Shown here one piece after another: positions 48,702 to 58,957 of a stretch of 64,000 bases of DNA. Location: assembly GCA_050124835.1 (NCBI GenBank), contig JASFEM010000005.1, positions 2,264 through 66,263 on the forward strand. Direction: 5' to 3'. How positions within the stretch are numbered: the stretch's first letter is position 1; each line of letters starts with the position of its first letter. This stretch comes from Syntrophobacterales bacterium (GTDB lineage: Bacteria > Desulfobacterota > Syntrophobacteria > BM002). The position numbers were made by a program, and so were the translations under genes. Under the pieces are notes generated by a model. That model was not told where the DNA came from and ran no database searches. It saw nothing but the letters and a program-made list of their open reading frames with translations.

Positions 48702-51137
48702 ATGCGGGAGCTGGTTGCTGTGGCGATAATCTCCGCTGCGGTGCTCGGGCTGGAACTTGCCCTGATGCGCACCCTATCCATCTCCCGCTGGCACCATTTC
48801 GCTTATCTAGTCGTCGGACTGGCCCTGCTGGGTTTCGGAGCCAGTGGTACCTGGCTTGGATTTTTCACCCCCCGATTGCTACCGCATTTTTCGCGCTGGA
48901 GCCGCGGTCTCACCCTTGGTCTCGCCCTGAGCATCACCCTTTGCTACAGACTGGCAGAAACACTTCCCCTCAACATGAGATATATGCTTTACAGCGGCGA
49001 GCAAGTATTCTACCTCTTCTGCTACCAAGTTCTAATTTTCCTCCCTTTTCTTCTCGCCGGGGTCCTCATCGGCCTTACCCTCATGCGCTTCTCCTCTTCT
49101 GTGCATCTTGTCTACGGGGCAAATCTTCTTGGCAGTGGCGCTGGGCCCATCTTTGCTTTAGGCCTCATGGCATACCTACCTCCGGCGCGACTCATTCAGA
49201 CCGCCGCCGCCATGGTCTGGGCTGCTGTCTTCCTCTGGCGGTCTGAGCTAAAGACCAGGGGTTTCTGGCGACGGCAAGGTGTCCCCCTGTTCGTCGGCTT
49301 GCTCATTGCGGTGGAAATGGCGCTTTTGTCGGTGCCAATGAGTTTCGACCCCCACAAGATGTTGGCAGAGCTGCAGCGTTGGCAGCAGCAAGGAGACGCC
49401 CAACACCTAATCACCCGCCATGGACCACGGGGTAGGCTGGACGTGTTTACCTCCCCTCGCTTGCACTACACCCTCTTTGCAGGACTTACAGCGACCGCAC
49501 CACCCCCGCCCCAGGCCCTCCTCCTGGCTGATGGTGACATCGCCGGTCCCATATTCCGCATCGAAGGTCCGGAAGAAGCCGGGATCCTTGACCACACTCC
49601 CATGTCGGTGGCCTATCGTCTTTTGCCAGGTGCCAGGGTCTTGCTCCTGGGGGAGACCAGCGGTGTCAACGTCTGGCTTGCCAGGCGCTTCAGTGCAGCA
49701 AAAATAACCGTAGTGTTGGAAAACCCTCAGATACTGGAACTTTTCCGCAGTTCCCTAACTAACATTGAGGCTCGAAGCTTTAAGGGAAGCAACCTAGAGG
49801 TTCACGTGGCTTCACCGCGGCACTATCTGGAGTACACCAAGGAACATTTTGACATTATCCAGGTGGTGGGTGCAGAGGGAATGGCGGCTGGTGTAAGCAG
49901 CCTCCTCTCGCTGCATGAAAACTATTTGTTGACTGTGGAGGGAATGGCTCGCTGTCTGGAGCACCTTTCTGACAGAGGTCTCATATCCATAACCAGGGGC
50001 CTGCAGTCACCGCCCAGAGATAACATAAAGATCCTCGCCACCCTGGTGGAGGCGCTGGAAAAGCTCGGGGTCCAGAAAACAACCAAGCATATTGCCCAGC
50101 TGCGAAACCATCTGGCTGTCTGTACCCTTGTTGGCCGCCAACCCTTCCACTCCAAACAGGTACGGGAGGTGGTCGACATCAGCGATCGCCTCTGGCTTGA
50201 CATTGACACGCTATCCGGCTTCGATCCCGGGAGTAGAGAACCCTTCAACCGGCTGATTGGTCCTGCGGAAGTAACGGGCTCGTATTACCAACTGGCGGCC
50301 AACAAGATCTTATCCTCTGGACGGGAGGAGTTCTTTGAAAATTGGGCTTACCATATCCGTCCTGCAACCGACGACCGCCCCTATTTTTTCGACTTTTTCC
50401 GCTGGCGCTCCCTGCCCCGCTTCATACAAAGTCACGGCCACCTTTGGTTTCAGCGGTTGGAACTTGGCTACGCCGTATTGGTAATCTCCTTTGGGCAAAT
50501 CGTCACAGTTGCCTTACTCCTCCTTGTTCTTCCCTTATTTTTTTGGGCCCGGCACAGCGGTTCACCTGCGGGTGGAAGTCTAGGCCTGCTCTATTTCCTT
50601 TTAATCGGCCTGGGTTTCCTGGCTTTGGAAATGAGTCTGATGCAGCGTTTCACCCTACTAATGGGTGATCCCTTGCTCTCTGCTGCAGTTGTTTTAAGTG
50701 GATTTCTTTTCTTCTCTGGCTGCGGCAGCCTTTGCAGCCAGAAATGGGCAAGTTCTCCGCTGCGAGCCATCTTGGTTGCGGGATTCGGTATCGCCTTAGT
50801 CGCCCCCCTCGTCCTTGTGCTGAGCCAGTCACTGCTTGGTCTTGTCTCCGGTTGGCACACCACCGGCCGATTCCTTTTTACCCTATCCCTCTTGGCACCA
50901 CTGGCCTTCCTTATGGGCTGGCCGTTTCCGGCCGGTATGACCCTTCTGGAACAGTGGTCCCCGGGGCTCCTTCCCTGGGCCTGGGGCATCAATGGTTTTG
51001 CCTCGGTGGCAGCCGCCCCGCTTGCGGTAATCCTTGCCATGTCTTTGGGGTTCAGGATGGTCCTGGGACTGGCGGTGACCTCCTACCTGGCAGCAGTAGT
51101 CTTAGCCAAGACCGTGGGATGGAGTAGCCATCAATAA
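48702..51137 (+). CDS. Polytopic membrane protein with central spermidine-synthase-like domain
   Basis: HFAYLVV..ALLGFGASG, YGANLLGSGAG, PATDDRPYFF, GWPFPAG, PWAWGING; start uncertain (48618 or 48702). Confidence 0.8.
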   Translation: MRELVAVAIISAAVLGLELALMRTLSISRWHHFAYLVVGLALLGFGASGTWLGFFTPRLLPHFSRWSRGLTLGLALSITLCYRLAETLPLNMRYMLYSGEQVFYLFCYQVLIFLPFLLAGVLIGLTLMRFSSSVHLVYGANLLGSGAGPIFALGLMAYLPPARLIQTAAAMVWAAVFLWRSELKTRGFWRRQGVPLFVGLLIAVEMALLSVPMSFDPHKMLAELQRWQQQGDAQHLITRHGPRGRLDVFTSPRLHYTLFAGLTATAPPPPQALLLADGDIAGPIFRIEGPEEAGILDHTPMSVAYRLLPGARVLLLGETSGVNVWLARRFSAAKITVVLENPQILELFRSSLTNIEARSFKGSNLEVHVASPRHYLEYTKEHFDIIQVVGAEGMAAGVSSLLSLHENYLLTVEGMARCLEHLSDRGLISITRGLQSPPRDNIKILATLVEALEKLGVQKTTKHIAQLRNHLAVCTLVGRQPFHSKQVREVVDISDRLWLDIDTLSGFDPGSREPFNRLIGPAEVTGSYYQLAANKILSSGREEFFENWAYHIRPATDDRPYFFDFFRWRSLPRFIQSHGHLWFQRLELGYAVLVISFGQIVTVALLLLVLPLFFWARHSGSPAGGSLGLLYFLLIGLGFLALEMSLMQRFTLLMGDPLLSAAVVLSGFLFFSGCGSLCSQKWASSPLRAILVAGFGIALVAPLVLVLSQSLLGLVSGWHTTGRFLFTLSLLAPLAFLMGWPFPAGMTLLEQWSPGLLPWAWGINGFASVAAAPLAVILAMSLGFRMVLGLAVTSYLAAVVLAKTVGWSSHQ

Positions 51138-51165
51138 ACTCTAAGCATTCAGGATTGCTTTAAGA

Positions 51166-52746
51166 TCAAACCTCGATGATCGACGCCTCGATGATATTCT
51201 CATATTCCTTTAAGGCCTGCAGAGCCGCTGGGGAAACGGGATTGTCCACGGTGACCAGGCAAATGGCCGTGCCTTTGCTGCGAATTCGGCTCAGGTGCAT
51301 GTCGGCAATGTTGACCTGATGATCACCAAGCGTCGTACCAATAAAGCCGATGACACCGGGGCGGTCGTAATTGGAAATCAGTAACATGCGGCCCTCTAGG
51401 GGGGCCTCCATACGATATTCGTCAATTCCGACAATCCGGCATTCAGGTGTTGGAAAAACCGTGCCGGCCACCTGCGACTCACCCTTGTCGGTGACCACAG
51501 AGAGGCTTATCAGCCCTGTGTATCCCCTGGCCTCGGAGGTGGTGGTCACATCTACCTTGATGCCCCGACTGCGCATCATCACCGGCGCATTCACCAGATT
51601 AACCTCTTCAGCGAGGGCTCGTTCCAAGAAACCCTTCTGAGCCGCATTGGTGACAGGAGCCAATTCCAGCTCCCGCAGATCACCCCCATAGCTTACCTTC
51701 AGCCGGTGTACGTTGCCCTGAAAATACCAAGAGAGAAAACGGCCCAGCCGTTCAGCCAGCAGCATGTAGGGCTGCATCTGCTCAATCATTGTGGGGCTCA
51801 TGGAAGGCATATTCACCGCATTCCTGATCAGTCCGTTTTGCAGATAATCTACCATCTGTTCAGCAATGGCCGTGGCCACATTCATCTGGGCTTGTTCACT
51901 CGAGGCACCCAGATGGGGGGTGGCTATAACCTGTGGTAGGGAGAGTAGTGGATTGTCCGCCGGCGGTTCCTGGGAGAAGACATCCAGTGCAGCCCCTGCA
52001 ACTTTCTTTTTTTTGATGGCCTCATAGAGGGCAGCCTCATCAATGATTCCCCCCCGGGCGCAATTGATGATGCGCACGCCCCGTTTCATCTTTTTGAAAG
52101 CAGTTTGGTCCAGCAGTCCCCTGGTTTCTTTCGTGAATGGCGTATGGATACTGATAAAGTCAGATTGCCGAAATAGCTGTTGGGGAGAGACCAAGTCCAC
52201 TCCGAGCTTGGCGGCTGCATCCGCAGAGACATATGGATCGTAAGCCAACACCCTCATTTTCATACCCTGAGCTCGATTGGCCATAATGGAACCTATGCGT
52301 CCCAAGCCTATGATCCCAAGGGTCTGGTTATAAAGCTCGGTTCCTATGAACTTCTTTTTTTCCCATTTTCCGGCCCGCACGGACTGATCGGCTTGAGGAA
52401 TATGTCTGGAAAGCGCCATCATCAGGGCCAGTGCGTGTTCAGCAGCGGCAACGGCATTGGCCCCCGGTGTGTTCATCACCAGAATGCCTCGATGGGTGGC
52501 TGCCTCGATGTCTATATTATCGACACCAATACCGGCCCTGCCGATTACCCTCAGGCGGGATGCCCGTTCCAGAACCTTGCGATTGATCTGGGTGCGACTG
52601 CGGACCACCACGCCCTCGCAGGTCCGGATCGCTTTCAAAAGCTCTTTGGCTTCCAGTCGATCATGCACCTCCACCTTCAATCCCTTGGCCTTCTCGAAAA
52701 TCTTTACGCCCTGCTGATGGAGCCCATCGCAAATGAGAACCCGCAT
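51166..52746 (-). CDS. serA: D-3-phosphoglycerate dehydrogenase (type I, ASB plus ACT)
   Basis: GRAGIGVDNID, GLGRIG, NCARGG, TPHLGAS; C-terminal DRPGVIG ACT domain. Confidence 0.95.
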   Translation of the reverse strand: MRVLICDGLHQQGVKIFEKAKGLKVEVHDRLEAKELLKAIRTCEGVVVRSRTQINRKVLERASRLRVIGRAGIGVDNIDIEAATHRGILVMNTPGANAVAAAEHALALMMALSRHIPQADQSVRAGKWEKKKFIGTELYNQTLGIIGLGRIGSIMANRAQGMKMRVLAYDPYVSADAAAKLGVDLVSPQQLFRQSDFISIHTPFTKETRGLLDQTAFKKMKRGVRIINCARGGIIDEAALYEAIKKKKVAGAALDVFSQEPPADNPLLSLPQVIATPHLGASSEQAQMNVATAIAEQMVDYLQNGLIRNAVNMPSMSPTMIEQMQPYMLLAERLGRFLSWYFQGNVHRLKVSYGGDLRELELAPVTNAAQKGFLERALAEEVNLVNAPVMMRSRGIKVDVTTTSEARGYTGLISLSVVTDKGESQVAGTVFPTPECRIVGIDEYRMEAPLEGRMLLISNYDRPGVIGFIGTTLGDHQVNIADMHLSRIRSKGTAICLVTVDNPVSPAALQALKEYENIIEASIIEV

Positions 52747-52949
52747 AGAAATCTCCTTCACACTCTATATTCGGATATTCTGGACCGGATCTTGCACATG
52801 TTAGGAAGATCAATGCTGGAAGGCAAGCTAATAATTAACCCCAACTTCGAAATGAAAAGCTGCTGACAAATGACCTGTTGAAATTACTTATAAAATTTGA
52901 GGACATGTGCTAGAATTCCATGGTCAAAATCTGAAAAGAGAGGTTCAAG

Positions 52950-53171
52950 ATGCCAGCATTATTCGAAAAGGGTAAGACCTATACCTTCTACTTCAGTCGG
53001 GAGCACGATTATATCAACATTACGGGCGAGGTCATCTCATACGAGTCTCCCCTGGTAAAGATCGAAACAGATGGATTGAACCGCATCATCAATTGCTCGT
53101 CAGCTTATTTTGTGGAGGCCGTAGCGCGTCGCGAAGATTTAGACATCGAAGATCCGGCCCCTGTAGAATAA
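52950..53171 (+). CDS. Small beta-rich hypothetical protein
   Basis: GAGAGG SD; 73 aa; upstream TTGAGG..TAGAAT promoter-like spacing. Confidence 0.7.
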   Translation: MPALFEKGKTYTFYFSREHDYINITGEVISYESPLVKIETDGLNRIINCSSAYFVEAVARREDLDIEDPAPVE

Positions 53172-53332
53172 CCCCGCCCGCATAGATTGTGTGTCCATTG
53201 TGTTCAGGTGGACTCACCTCCCCAGTTAGAATCGTGGTCAACCGAAGCGGGAATGGCTCAGCCCTGAAGTACTCCCGCGAATTAAAGATAATAGGTATTT
53301 CAAGTCATTTGAGATTGTTAAATAATGCACCC

Positions 53333-54316
53333 TCAAGTCTCTTTTTCCGGCCTGAAGTCTGTGCCCAAGGCTGCGGGAGCGGTCACCTGCCAGCGGGATA
53401 GCCATCTTTTCAAGCCGGGGTACCGGAAGGTCAAATCTTGAAACCAACTCGCTTTTCCAACGTTCACCAGTAGCAAGGTTAGGATCATGACCGGAAAAGG
53501 CGCCACCTGAAACAAGGGCGCCGGCAGTCCGGGCAACTGCTCCTGTAAATGGATCCCCAGTACCTGAAGCGTGGCAAACAGATAAGCTCCCAAAGCGGCT
53601 CGCAGCGGATGCCAGCCCCCAAAGATGACAATAGCCAGAGCAATCCAGCCAGCCCCTTCCGCTCCTTGCGGCCGTCCCCACCCGGGCTTAACTGCCAGTG
53701 AAAAGGCTCCACCGGCCAGCCCCACCAAAGCGCCTCCCATCAAGGTATAGACAATCCGCAATCGCTGCACCTTGATACCCCTGGCAAATGCGGCCCAGGG
53801 TTCCTCTCCAACCGCTCGGACATCGAGACCGGCTCGCGTTGAAAAAAGCCACCACCACAAATAGACAGTGAGGACCAGACTCAGATAAACCACCGGACTT
53901 TGGTGGCCAAGTACTTGACCAATGAATGGCAGTTCACGAATTCCGGGGATGGTCCAGACAGGTAACTCAGGTCCCAGTTGTCGAGCGAATGGGTGGCCAA
54001 GAAAATAGGCCAGATCCCGACAGAAAAGGGTAAGGATAAAACCCACGGCCAGTTGGGATCTTCCCAAGACCGGTCCCATCAGCGCCACAATGGCGGCGGT
54101 TGCAATACCCACCGCCACGCTCGCCAGGAGGCCCAACCAAGGATTGTTGCTGAGGAACGCCACCGCGAACGCGGTCATGGCAGAGAGCAAAATGGTGCCA
54201 TCCAGAGACAAGTTTATGACACCGGCACGTTCGGTCAACGTTTCTCCCAGGGTTGCTAGAACGAGGGGCGCACCTGCCGAAAGGATGCCAGCCAGAGTCA
54301 ATGCCAGATAATCCAT
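53333..54316 (-). CDS. ABC transporter permease (nucleoside/BMP type)
   Basis: GETLTERAGVINL, RAVGEEP.AA..RGI, GWIALAIVIFG.W.P. Confidence 0.92.
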   Translation of the reverse strand: MDYLALTLAGILSAGAPLVLATLGETLTERAGVINLSLDGTILLSAMTAFAVAFLSNNPWLGLLASVAVGIATAAIVALMGPVLGRSQLAVGFILTLFCRDLAYFLGHPFARQLGPELPVWTIPGIRELPFIGQVLGHQSPVVYLSLVLTVYLWWWLFSTRAGLDVRAVGEEPWAAFARGIKVQRLRIVYTLMGGALVGLAGGAFSLAVKPGWGRPQGAEGAGWIALAIVIFGGWHPLRAALGAYLFATLQVLGIHLQEQLPGLPAPLFQVAPFPVMILTLLLVNVGKASWFQDLTFRYPGLKRWLSRWQVTAPAALGTDFRPEKET

Positions 54317-55362
54317 TATCTCTTCCTTCGCAGGAGCCAAACCTGTTCTTCGAGTCCGTGAACGAGAAAGACGGCCAGTACAAGGACCCCCTGAATGACG
54401 CCACTCAGGGATGAATCCAGCTGGAGCTGGAGAGGGAGTTGAATGGAGCCCACATTTAGAACAGCGAAAAACAAGCAGATTGGCGGAATGAGATGGGGCC
54501 GGAATGAGGCCAACATCGTCACCAGAAGGGCGGTGTAGCCGTAATTACTGGAGATGGCCGGCAGCAACCGGTGGTAAACACCCACGACTTGCAGACCGCC
54601 GGCAAGACCAGCCAAGGCCCCACATGCCACCATGGCCTCAAGGATGCGTCTGTTTGGTTTCAGACCGAAAAGCAAAGCCGCCTCTGGATTTTGGCCCACC
54701 GCTTTCAGGCTGAGCCCCCACCGGGTGAAACGGAGTAGAAAGATAACAATAAAAATGGCAAGGATTGCTAGCGCCAAGCTCACCGGATTTAGGGACAACC
54801 CTTTGAGACCCTTGAGCCAGAGGGTATGATGCAGCGGCTCGGTACCGCTCATGGAAGCAACCCCAGGCCTTCTCCATGGCCCGAATATGAGCCAGAGGGT
54901 GAGACCCAAAGCGACGAAATTCAATCCCAGGCCACCAAAGATTTCATGCACCCTGCCCCAAGTCCTCAGCACACCTGCAAGATAGGCCCACAAAGCTCCG
55001 CCGATCATGCCAGCCGCGAGCGCACCCACCAGGTGCAAGCCCGTTCCTCCTGCGGGAAATGGACGGAGAAAGCCGGTGGCAAAAATTGCCCCAAGGATGA
55101 TCTGTCCCTCAACGCCAATATTCCAGAGACCGGGGGCAAAAGTTAGAAGCAGTGCTGAAGAACATATAACGAGAGGGATCCAGACAGCAATTGTTTGAGT
55201 GACTTTTGCAGCCGAACCGAGCCCGCCTTCGAAGAGAATTACAAGGCTATGTAAGGGGGGTGCTCCTGCGACTAGAAGAATAACTGTGGTTATAACGAAA
55301 GAAATAAACAGAGCAGCCGCCAGCCGTCCAATGGACAAACCGAATCTCGCGGCTTGAAACAT
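54316..55362 (-). CDS. ABC transporter permease (nucleoside/BMP type)
   Basis: WNIGVEGQ..LGA, KAVGQNPEAA, GALAGLAG. Confidence 0.92.
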   Translation of the reverse strand: MFQAARFGLSIGRLAAALFISFVITTVILLVAGAPPLHSLVILFEGGLGSAAKVTQTIAVWIPLVICSSALLLTFAPGLWNIGVEGQIILGAIFATGFLRPFPAGGTGLHLVGALAAGMIGGALWAYLAGVLRTWGRVHEIFGGLGLNFVALGLTLWLIFGPWRRPGVASMSGTEPLHHTLWLKGLKGLSLNPVSLALAILAIFIVIFLLRFTRWGLSLKAVGQNPEAALLFGLKPNRRILEAMVACGALAGLAGGLQVVGVYHRLLPAISSNYGYTALLVTMLASFRPHLIPPICLFFAVLNVGSIQLPLQLQLDSSLSGVIQGVLVLAVFLVHGLEEQVWLLRRKR

Positions 55363-55365
55363 ATC

Positions 55366-56826
55366 CTACACCGCCCTTCCCTGACCAGCCATGAGGCGAC
55401 CCATTTCTTCAACTTCGATGGAATGGACGGGGCGGTCGGCTATGATTTGTCGGTTATAAAATACTAAAACCCTATGGCTGTGAGCCTTTATCTCATCCAG
55501 ATCAGCAGAAGAGAAAATGAGGGCGGCATCACGGCGGCATCGATCCAGCAAATGACTCCATACCTGTTGTCCCGCCCCATGGTCTAGCCCGCGAGTAGGA
55601 TGTTCCAGCAGCAGTAGCCTTGTTTGCCTTGGAATTAGCGCCAATAAGAGGCGCTGTTGGTTGCCACCGGAAAGCGCCCTGGCTGCGGTGGAAAGTTGAG
55701 CTTGGATGCTAAATTTTTTGATACCTTCCTCGGGCAATAGTTGGCCGTGGCCACCGTTGCGCTCAGGAAAAGCTAGGCGAAAATGCTCCACTAGACTGAG
55801 ATTCGGGAAGAGACCGTGCTCGAGTCGCGCCGCTGGCAAAAAGTGAATACCCGCTTGGCGAAACTTAAGATAGGGGCGCCCCTGAAATTCTTCACCGTCG
55901 AAAATGAGACGTCCCTTTCCCACGCGGGCCAGACCTGCCAGGCCACGCAAAAGTAACTCCTGGCCGCTCCCTTCTAGGCCGGCCAGACCCAAGATTTCCC
56001 CAGGACGAATCTGCAGAGAAACATCCCGCAGGGTGTACTTATCACCCAGCAATTGGACGTTGTGCAACTGCAAGAACTTCTCTTTGCCCAGCTCTGGTCT
56101 CAGTTGAGTTTTGCCAATACCATCATGCTCGGAGCCGAACATGAGTTTGATCAGCTCGTCTGACTGAAATGGAGATTCCAGTCTCGCCACCAACTTACCC
56201 CGCCGCAAAACAATCACTTCCTCACAGAGCTCCTCAACTTCGGCCAGTTTGTGGGTAACAAACACGATGGTCCGCCCCCTATCTTTGGCCAGTTGACGCA
56301 TGGTGGCAAACAACATCTCTTTTTGGGTTATGGATATTCCGGTGGTTGGCTCATCCAAGACGAGCACCTTTACCCCCAGGTCCAGAAGACGCAGTAACTC
56401 CAACTGTTGCCGCTCGCCTACCGTCAGTTCACTGACTTTCTCCCCGGGCGGCAGGCTAAAATGGAAACGTTCTCCCAGTTCTCTCAGTCTATGCAAGGTT
56501 TGCTTCTTGGCTCGTTTTCTGCCCCCCAAAAGAAAGTTCTCGAAAATGTTCAGGGCTGGGAAGTCCAAAGGGTCCTGATAGAGCATGCCCACCCCCATTT
56601 TGAGGGCACGGGACGGGTTGAGTCCGTCTGCCACCTCACCGTCAAATAAAATGCACCCTTTGCTGGGCTGGGTATGACCCGCAAGCATCCGCATTAGGGT
56701 ACTCTTGCCCGCCCCGTTCTCTCCGAGAAGTCCGTAGATTCGGCCGGGTTCTAGGACCAGATTAATTGCCACGTTGGCTCGCACCCGGCCATAGTATTTG
56801 TGAATATCTTGGAATTCTACCCGCAT
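55366..56826 (-). CDS. ABC transporter ATP-binding protein (tandem NBD)
   Basis: GENGAGKST, VLDEPT, LSGGNQQR. Confidence 0.95.
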   Translation of the reverse strand: MRVEFQDIHKYYGRVRANVAINLVLEPGRIYGLLGENGAGKSTLMRMLAGHTQPSKGCILFDGEVADGLNPSRALKMGVGMLYQDPLDFPALNIFENFLLGGRKRAKKQTLHRLRELGERFHFSLPPGEKVSELTVGERQQLELLRLLDLGVKVLVLDEPTTGISITQKEMLFATMRQLAKDRGRTIVFVTHKLAEVEELCEEVIVLRRGKLVARLESPFQSDELIKLMFGSEHDGIGKTQLRPELGKEKFLQLHNVQLLGDKYTLRDVSLQIRPGEILGLAGLEGSGQELLLRGLAGLARVGKGRLIFDGEEFQGRPYLKFRQAGIHFLPAARLEHGLFPNLSLVEHFRLAFPERNGGHGQLLPEEGIKKFSIQAQLSTAARALSGGNQQRLLLALIPRQTRLLLLEHPTRGLDHGAGQQVWSHLLDRCRRDAALIFSSADLDEIKAHSHRVLVFYNRQIIADRPVHSIEVEEMGRLMAGQGRAV

Positions 56827-56905
56827 ATTAAGTATCCAGAGGCAAGCGACAAAGGTCTCAATGGAGTCGTGGCGCAATGGAAAACAGGAGTCATCGATTC
56901 AAAAC

Positions 56906-57001
56906 AAGGCGTAGGGCATAAGGTGCAAGGCACAAGGCTAGTGGTCAGTGTTCAGAATTCAGGGGTAAACTGTTTATAGCTGTTCTCTGATCCTGATCCC
57001 T
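56906..57001. repeat. Composite heptamer element inside the ABC operon
   Basis: aaggcgtagggcataaggtgcaaggcacaagg; tcagtgttcagaattcagg ... ctgttctctgatcctgatcc. Confidence 0.65.
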
Positions 57002-58183
57002 CTACTTGGGACTGCTTGCGCCTTCCATGCCCTCGAGAAGTTGTTCCATATACCAAATTTGTTTGTCCGTGGCGGTTTCACCTGTCTTGAGGTAAGGAGA
57101 GCCGTCCTGGTAGTAGAGAGGCCCCTGGAAGAGATTGATCTTCCCGGTGGCCAACCCTTGGATAAAACTGTTCAGCTTCTCCGCCACTTCTGTTGAGAGT
57201 GCCGGGCCATTCACATACCCAACCGCGCTGGTGTCCTCACTGTTGATATTATTCCAGTCCGGCCCATCCCAATCCCACGACTGCTTCCAGCTTCCTTCAC
57301 GCACCGCCTTGACCTGTTTTAGATAGGCTGGGCCCCAGTTGTAATAAGGAACTCCCAGGCATACTTCATCGGCGCCCTGACAAGCACCTTTGTAGTCGTA
57401 CGGAATAGCCCAGACCTGACGGCCAGCCCTTTGCTTCTGGCTGGCAACTACCACCGCCTCAGTGGTGTCGATGCCAGAAATAACCACGTCATAGCCGCCA
57501 TCGAAGAACCGATTTGCCACCTGTGTTGGATCCGCGGTCACACCGGGGATATTGAACCAGAAGCCAATCCAACTCACCTTGAACTGCAACTCCTCAAGGG
57601 GTTTTTTACGCACTTCTCGCCAACCGTAAGCGGCACCGAGATAAGCGGAGGCGGCCAGTCGCCTCGTCTCTTCATTTATGAGGGGGCCGAGGTAGCCGAT
57701 CTTGCCGGTGTTGGTGGTCAGAGCGGCCACAAATCCAGCCATCATTTTCCCATATTCCATCCGGCCCATAACATTACCCAGGTTGGGGGGGGCCTTCTTG
57801 GTGAGGACATCATCCCCAGACACGTGAATGAAGGTGATCTCCGGATGTCGTTCGGCCGCCTCCCGCACCCCGTCCTTCATATCGTCCGAATTGGCTATAA
57901 TCAGACGAGCACCCTTACCCACCAGGTCATCCACCAGTTGGGGTAAGGTCAGCCCGGGTCGGTCGGCGGGATTCACCTTATCAAGGTAAAGCATCTTCAC
58001 CCCTGGGAGCTTCTTCTCCACGTAAAGTCCAGCATCGTAGTGGGCCTGACTCCAGCCCCGATCATTGTATGGGCCAACCAGCAGCAGGCCAAAGGTGAAT
58101 GGCTTTTCTTTGGTCTCCTTGGTACACCCCACACCCAGAATCAGCAGAAAAACGACGCAAAGTCGCAAGATTCTCGAGAGCAT
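57002..58183 (-). CDS. BMP-family ABC substrate-binding lipoprotein
   Basis: Lipobox GVGC; GPYNDRGWSQAH, YNWGPAY; AAGGAG before ATG 58183. Confidence 0.92.
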   Translation of the reverse strand: MLSRILRLCVVFLLILGVGCTKETKEKPFTFGLLLVGPYNDRGWSQAHYDAGLYVEKKLPGVKMLYLDKVNPADRPGLTLPQLVDDLVGKGARLIIANSDDMKDGVREAAERHPEITFIHVSGDDVLTKKAPPNLGNVMGRMEYGKMMAGFVAALTTNTGKIGYLGPLINEETRRLAASAYLGAAYGWREVRKKPLEELQFKVSWIGFWFNIPGVTADPTQVANRFFDGGYDVVISGIDTTEAVVVASQKQRAGRQVWAIPYDYKGACQGADEVCLGVPYYNWGPAYLKQVKAVREGSWKQSWDWDGPDWNNINSEDTSAVGYVNGPALSTEVAEKLNSFIQGLATGKINLFQGPLYYQDGSPYLKTGETATDKQIWYMEQLLEGMEGASSPK

Positions 58184-58448
58184 GATTTTCTCCTTTGCGA
58201 AGGTTAAAAGAGCACCAGCGCTTTCCGAAAAAGTTGGATGCCTGTTATACGACGAGAAGGAAAATGCAGGTGAGAGGAATATAAGGGAATAATGCCTGAT
58301 GATCAACCCTCCAAAAAAAAGTGCTTTGGCTGTCACGGGGTCATCCCGCTCCGCTTCACTAATGATGCAGTCATACCGTATAGAATGGACAGGGGGTGTC
58401 TGATTGGCGATAATGGGACAACTGCTGGAGATGGGAGGATCTTTTTAG

Positions 58449-58760
58449 ATGATTTTCATTGGCGGTATCGGCCCGAGGAAGAAACGACTTGACGACCAAC
58501 CGCGCATCTGTTCCAACTGCGGCCTGAGCCAAGCATACCTCACTCGAATTGATGATTACCTCTCCCTCTTTTTTATACCGCTACTTCGCATCCGACAAGG
58601 CAAGCCTATTATCCAGTGCGAAAGATGTGGTCATGTTACCGCCGAAAGCGGTGAAGTTTACACCCCCGGCACGGATCTAACCCTCCCCCGCTGCCTTCGA
58701 TGCGGTGCAACCCTCAAGGAAGACTTTAGCTACTGCCCTTATTGCGGCGAAGGCAGATAG
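58449..58760 (+). CDS. Zinc-ribbon domain protein
   Basis: MIFIGG, CSNC, LFFIP, CERC, CLRCG and CPYCG. Confidence 0.85.
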   Translation: MIFIGGIGPRKKRLDDQPRICSNCGLSQAYLTRIDDYLSLFFIPLLRIRQGKPIIQCERCGHVTAESGEVYTPGTDLTLPRCLRCGATLKEDFSYCPYCGEGR

Positions 58761-58764
58761 TTGT

Positions 58765-58803
58765 AAAAAAAATGCCACCGCCAATGTGGCGGTGGCATTT
58801 TTT
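58765..58803. terminator. Bidirectional intrinsic terminator
   Basis: AAAAAAATGCCACCGCCA-ATG-TGGCGGTGGCATTTTT. Confidence 0.9.
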
Positions 58804-58843
58804 ATATTATCCGCACTGCTGGAGTCTCTGAATGTTGAGCTGA

Positions 58844-58957
58844 TTAACATTCAAAGGGCTCCAAATTCTGGCGCGCTTCCTCACAACAGTTCTCATCTTG
58901 CACACAGAGGATGCGATTATCCTCGGTGATAACCATACACAGGCAATTTTCTTCCAT
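58844..58957 (-). CDS. 37-aa acidic six-Cys microprotein (not in ORF track)
   Basis: MEENCLCMVITEDNRILCVQDENCCEEARQNLEPFEC*; AAAGGGGG SD; terminator downstream. Confidence 0.65.
   Translation of the reverse strand: MEENCLCMVITEDNRILCVQDENCCEEARQNLEPFEC

Noticed and set aside
55366-56100. Degenerate Walker motifs in the second NBD (LLEHPT)
   Set aside because: This is normal for tandem-NBD sugar/nucleoside ABC ATPases and is not evidence of a pseudogene.
58184-58400. Possible purine riboswitch before the BMP ABC operon (TCGTATAA)
   Set aside because: The downstream core elements (GTTTCTAC, CCGTAAA) are absent; the match is more likely a -10 box.
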